64,000 nt of DNA from NCBI GenBank assembly GCA_965235115.1, contig OZ249447.1, forward strand, positions 8,122,001 to 8,186,000. Direction: 5' to 3'. Source of the DNA: Laetmonice hystrix (Eukaryota). The notes below the pieces were generated by a model. That model worked only from the letters and a program-made list of their open reading frames with translations, was not told the origin of the DNA and did not search any database. Below are positions 60,426 through 64,000 of this stretch, piece after piece. The position numbers and the translations under genes are program-made. Within the stretch, counting starts at the first letter, position 1, and each line of letters begins with the position of its first letter.

Positions 60426-61230
60426 ATATAAACCAACAGACTAGGAGATGTGAAATGTGATTACTGATGTTCTACTGGTATTACACCATAGTTTGACGTT
60501 CTAACGTCACGGTCACTCGGTTAGAGGTCATTGGTGCATGTGCTAGTTTCACTTTCATAGACATAAACCAACAGACTAGGAGACGTGAAATGTGATTACT
60601 GATGTAACTACAGTATTACGCCATAGTTTGAGGTTCTAACGTCACGGTCACTCGGTTAGAGGTCATTGGTGCATGTGCTAGTTTCACTTTCATAGATATA
60701 AACCAACAGACTAGGAGATGTGAAATGTGATTACTGATGTAACTACAGTATTACACCATAGTTTGACGTTCTAACGTCACGGTCACTCGGTTAGAGGTCA
60801 TTGGTGCATGTGCTAGTTTCACTTTCATAGACATAAACCAACAGACTAGGAGACGTGAAATGTGATTACTGATGTAACTACAGTATTACGCCATAGTTTG
60901 AGGTTCTAACGTCACGGTCACTCGGTTAGAGGTCATTGGTGCATGTGCTAGTTTCACTTTCATAGATATAAACCAACAGACTAGGAGATGTGAAATGTGA
61001 TTACTGATGTAACTACAGTATTACACCATAGTTTGACGTTCTAACGTCACGGTCACTCGGTTAGAGGTCATTGGTGCATGTGCTAGTTTCACTTTCATAG
61101 ACATAAACCAACAGACTAGGAGACGTGAAATGTGATTACTGATGTAACTACAGTATTACGCCATAGTTTGACGTTCTAACGTCACGGTCACTCGGTTAGA
61201 GGTCATTGGTGCATGTGCTAGTTTCACTTT
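60426..61230. repeat. 135-bp tandem repeat, 6 copies arranged as a 270-bp A-B dimer x3
   Basis: ATAAACCAAC at 60428, 60563, 60698, 60833, 60968 and 61103; alternating variants. Confidence 0.98.
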
Positions 61231-64000
61231 CCGGACCAGTGTTACATGTTGATAGCCTGGAAACTCGAAATCGTTATGACATAAGCCGAAATAGCAGATC
61301 AGGTGTAATATGGGGCTGGGTGGGGTGGGGGAGGGGGTCTGATAAGGCAAATAGCATGACCCATACCAAGGGCGATACACGGATAAGACACTTGGTTTTT
61401 TAAAAGAAAGTTTTACCAGCTGTGCGTACACGTTTCAGTTGAAGCTGGATTACTCCAGTCAAGGTGATAGCCCAAGTTTGTCAGAGTGACTAATAATATC
61501 TGGGCCTAATGTGCTACATCCTGCCCTTTCTAGTTATCACATCACCTCATGTGTCTTCGGACAGTTTGTAATAAAAAAATATAATATAATGTGCACCATT
61601 TTCACGTCAATATAATAGACTAGTGTATGGTAAATTCTATAAATTGTGGAGCGTATACCGTATCCTGTATAAAGTATTTGAAGGAGTTATGATGGTCGTT
61701 CCATGCACTCGCTTGATTGAAAGGAGAGAGCAAAATATACAGACACAATTGGTTTTATGATTATTACCTGTCTTTGCGTCATCAGTCAACGATTTCTGTT
61801 AATGTGATGTTACGGAACATTGGCCCAGATTGATGTTATCTCCAAATAAAAAAAAGTCTAATGTGTGAAAATACTTTTGTAAACTGAAAAATACAATTGC
61901 CTTGAGAAAATGATGGTCCTAAAAATATCAAAATCTATCATGCACGACCCGTCAGTCAGCCAGAAGAGCCATCGACTTTTGCTTGATGAAGGTTTAGTCG
62001 ACAAAGGAAAACTTGGTAGGTAGTTAGTATCTAGACAGGGGTTGTCCCATGGGGGTCGTATTGACAGGACACTTAGCCCTATGGTTGGAGTGGGTGTGCC
62101 GTGTATGGCAACCTTCCATGCTGGAAACTTTTCACATACCAATAATATTAAGTGGCAATTGATCCTAAACCAAAAATAGACTCCCTCCCACACAGAGGGG
62201 TGCAGGTAATCAGGCCTGTCCCCCTAACGACGGGCTCGGTTGGAAAGTTACCATATTGTATTGTAGAGTAGTCGGCTCACCATGCCAGACCCGCAGCGAT
62301 CTCTGCTGTTGTGGAAGAGACATTCAAATGGGCGACAGGGGATGTTGATTTTCAATTTCTAGGAAACGACTCGCTCTTCCGCAACATTAACAAATGACTG
62401 CATTAGATATTTATCTGTCTACCTGAACGTACCTGAGCCTGTAATTACATTAAACCTCAAAACGACCAACTGTAGATGTTGTAAGGCACGGGGGCGTTGG
62501 TAAAACTTTGTCCGCAGTCTACGGTACATCTTTTACTTATTTTAGATATATAGTTTCTACAAAGAAAGGTGGAGAATCTTTTATCATCCCTTTATTTAGT
62601 CGAGAACATGGCGTTAAAAGTTATAACAAGGAGCCCCCATTGGAAGTGGTGGCCTTGGAATCGCTGCATCAACCAGTATGTGACGCGGCATAAATCACGA
62701 CCCAATGGAGTGCCAGTAATGATAGTGTTATCGACAGAGGTTACATGTTGAAGATGACAGCCTGACTGCACCCAGGAAACCCCCCATAATCTGATCACAA
62801 CGACCCAATGCGGCCTAGAAAACTTGTTTTATCGGGTGCCTGCAGGTATTTTCACACCATCACTGATAGGAATCGGTAGTTAGCCAAGCTAATGGCACTG
62901 ACCTCGCTTGACTTCGCTGCTGGTCCCTTGCCAGTTCCAGGCCAGTAGTAAGAAAAAAATCTCCTACCCTCTTGCATTATATTATCACTTCATTATATAG
63001 AATTAATCTGTCTAGACATGTGAAAGATATCACAATTAGCATTTCCTGGAGACATAAAAAAAAGGTTAGGGGAGGGAATTGTGTCTGGCCCCATTAAAGC
63101 TGTGTAATGTGTAAGGAAAAAGGTATCACGTACGGTTTTTATAATGGTGTCCGTCCGTAGACACTCCAACTAGGCTGAACAAGAAATACTTGTGGTACTC
63201 ATTACCGTGTTTTTAATCTAGCGTTTACCGTTCTGAAATGAAATGGGACGATATTATCAAAAGTGCTATAATCAAGTTATAAATTGAGACCCGTACGAAA
63301 TGTAGCCACTGTCTTTGCACATGGATATTTATTTGTTTAGCTGATAGTTTGCTAGTGTGCAAGGATTGTCCAGTGAGTAGTGTTAATGGGAGGTACGCAA
63401 ACTGATCCAGACCAATTCATCAAGATCAGGCATCTGCCCCAGTAGGGCAACAACTACAAAAAGACGGTCTTCCATTAACCAGTGCTGTTTTGATGAGAAA
63501 AACAAGGCTGTTTGTAAGTGCAGTGCAACAGCAAGTTGTTTAAGGTTTTGCATACACTTGATAATATTACAGAAACAAAGACGTCTTGCCATGCGTATCA
63601 TGTTGATAATATCATTATCTGAAGAAGAATTCTCGCTTTTTTGTATCCCTTCATTAAACTGATTTTATATTCAGAAAATGGTAATTACTGCTGGAATGTA
63701 ATGTATTTATTGTTGAAAGAAATATAACGCATAGATACATGTGTTCGCTTTGAAATACGTACCTAGTACTTGACAACTTGTGGTGGTTCATTCTACACAG
63801 TGGTAACAGGTTTGATTTAAGTTAACCCTACCTTCTAAAATCAAAGTGGAATCATGTATACCCTCATTGGGTTTACTTCTTGGATCATTCACAGGGTCCG
63901 AAATGTTTGGTATCGCATCGCAGTATGTGGTGTAAACCTACAACCGTTGCAATGAATTCCAAACTTTGTGTCGTTAAAAAATGCGAATCACATAAAACTC

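Noticed and set aside
729-61230. Minisatellites as CRISPR arrays
   Set aside because: Units are contiguous with no unique spacers, no cas genes are present and the context is a eukaryotic intron.
23458-62495. Conserved miRNA matches (miR-7-like TGGAAGACT near 23458, miR-124-like TAAGGCACG near 62483, miR-34-like TGGCAGTG in the 50-bp array)
   Set aside because: Only 8-9 nt match and there is no precursor hairpin.

Overview
Draft-assembly (three N gaps) eukaryotic DNA from what looks like a non-vertebrate bilaterian; the species cannot be determined from sequence alone. Two protein-coding genes diverge head-to-head, and both run off the window. On the minus strand is CADPS/CAPS/unc-31, with four coding exons reconstructed by hand (33341-34129, 7174-7254, 4688-4851, 1647-1752; 380 aa, 26-kb first intron). 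On the plus strand is a KMT2E/MLL5 (SETD5/UpSET/Set3 family) PHD plus pseudo-SET gene, with 19 coding exons from 41688 to 54834 joining into 988 uninterrupted codons. Between them is a candidate bidirectional promoter with NRF1- and YY1-type motifs. Introns hold many unrelated minisatellites (26, 33, 34, 44, 50, ~54, 97/102, 109 and 135 bp units), several MITEs, a duplicated tRNA-type SINE and a decayed LINE RT fragment. Most ORFs in the supplied track are repeat or gap artefacts. I found no clearly new biological system. The best leads are three possible attenuators of KMT2E output (an AUGA-overlapping uORF that splicing could remove, a 37-bp duplicated acceptor in the PHD exon, and a possible truncating last exon), a strictly 28-bp-phased motif array, and a cluster of CTCF-like sites. 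All homology calls are from recalled family sequences; no database searches were run.
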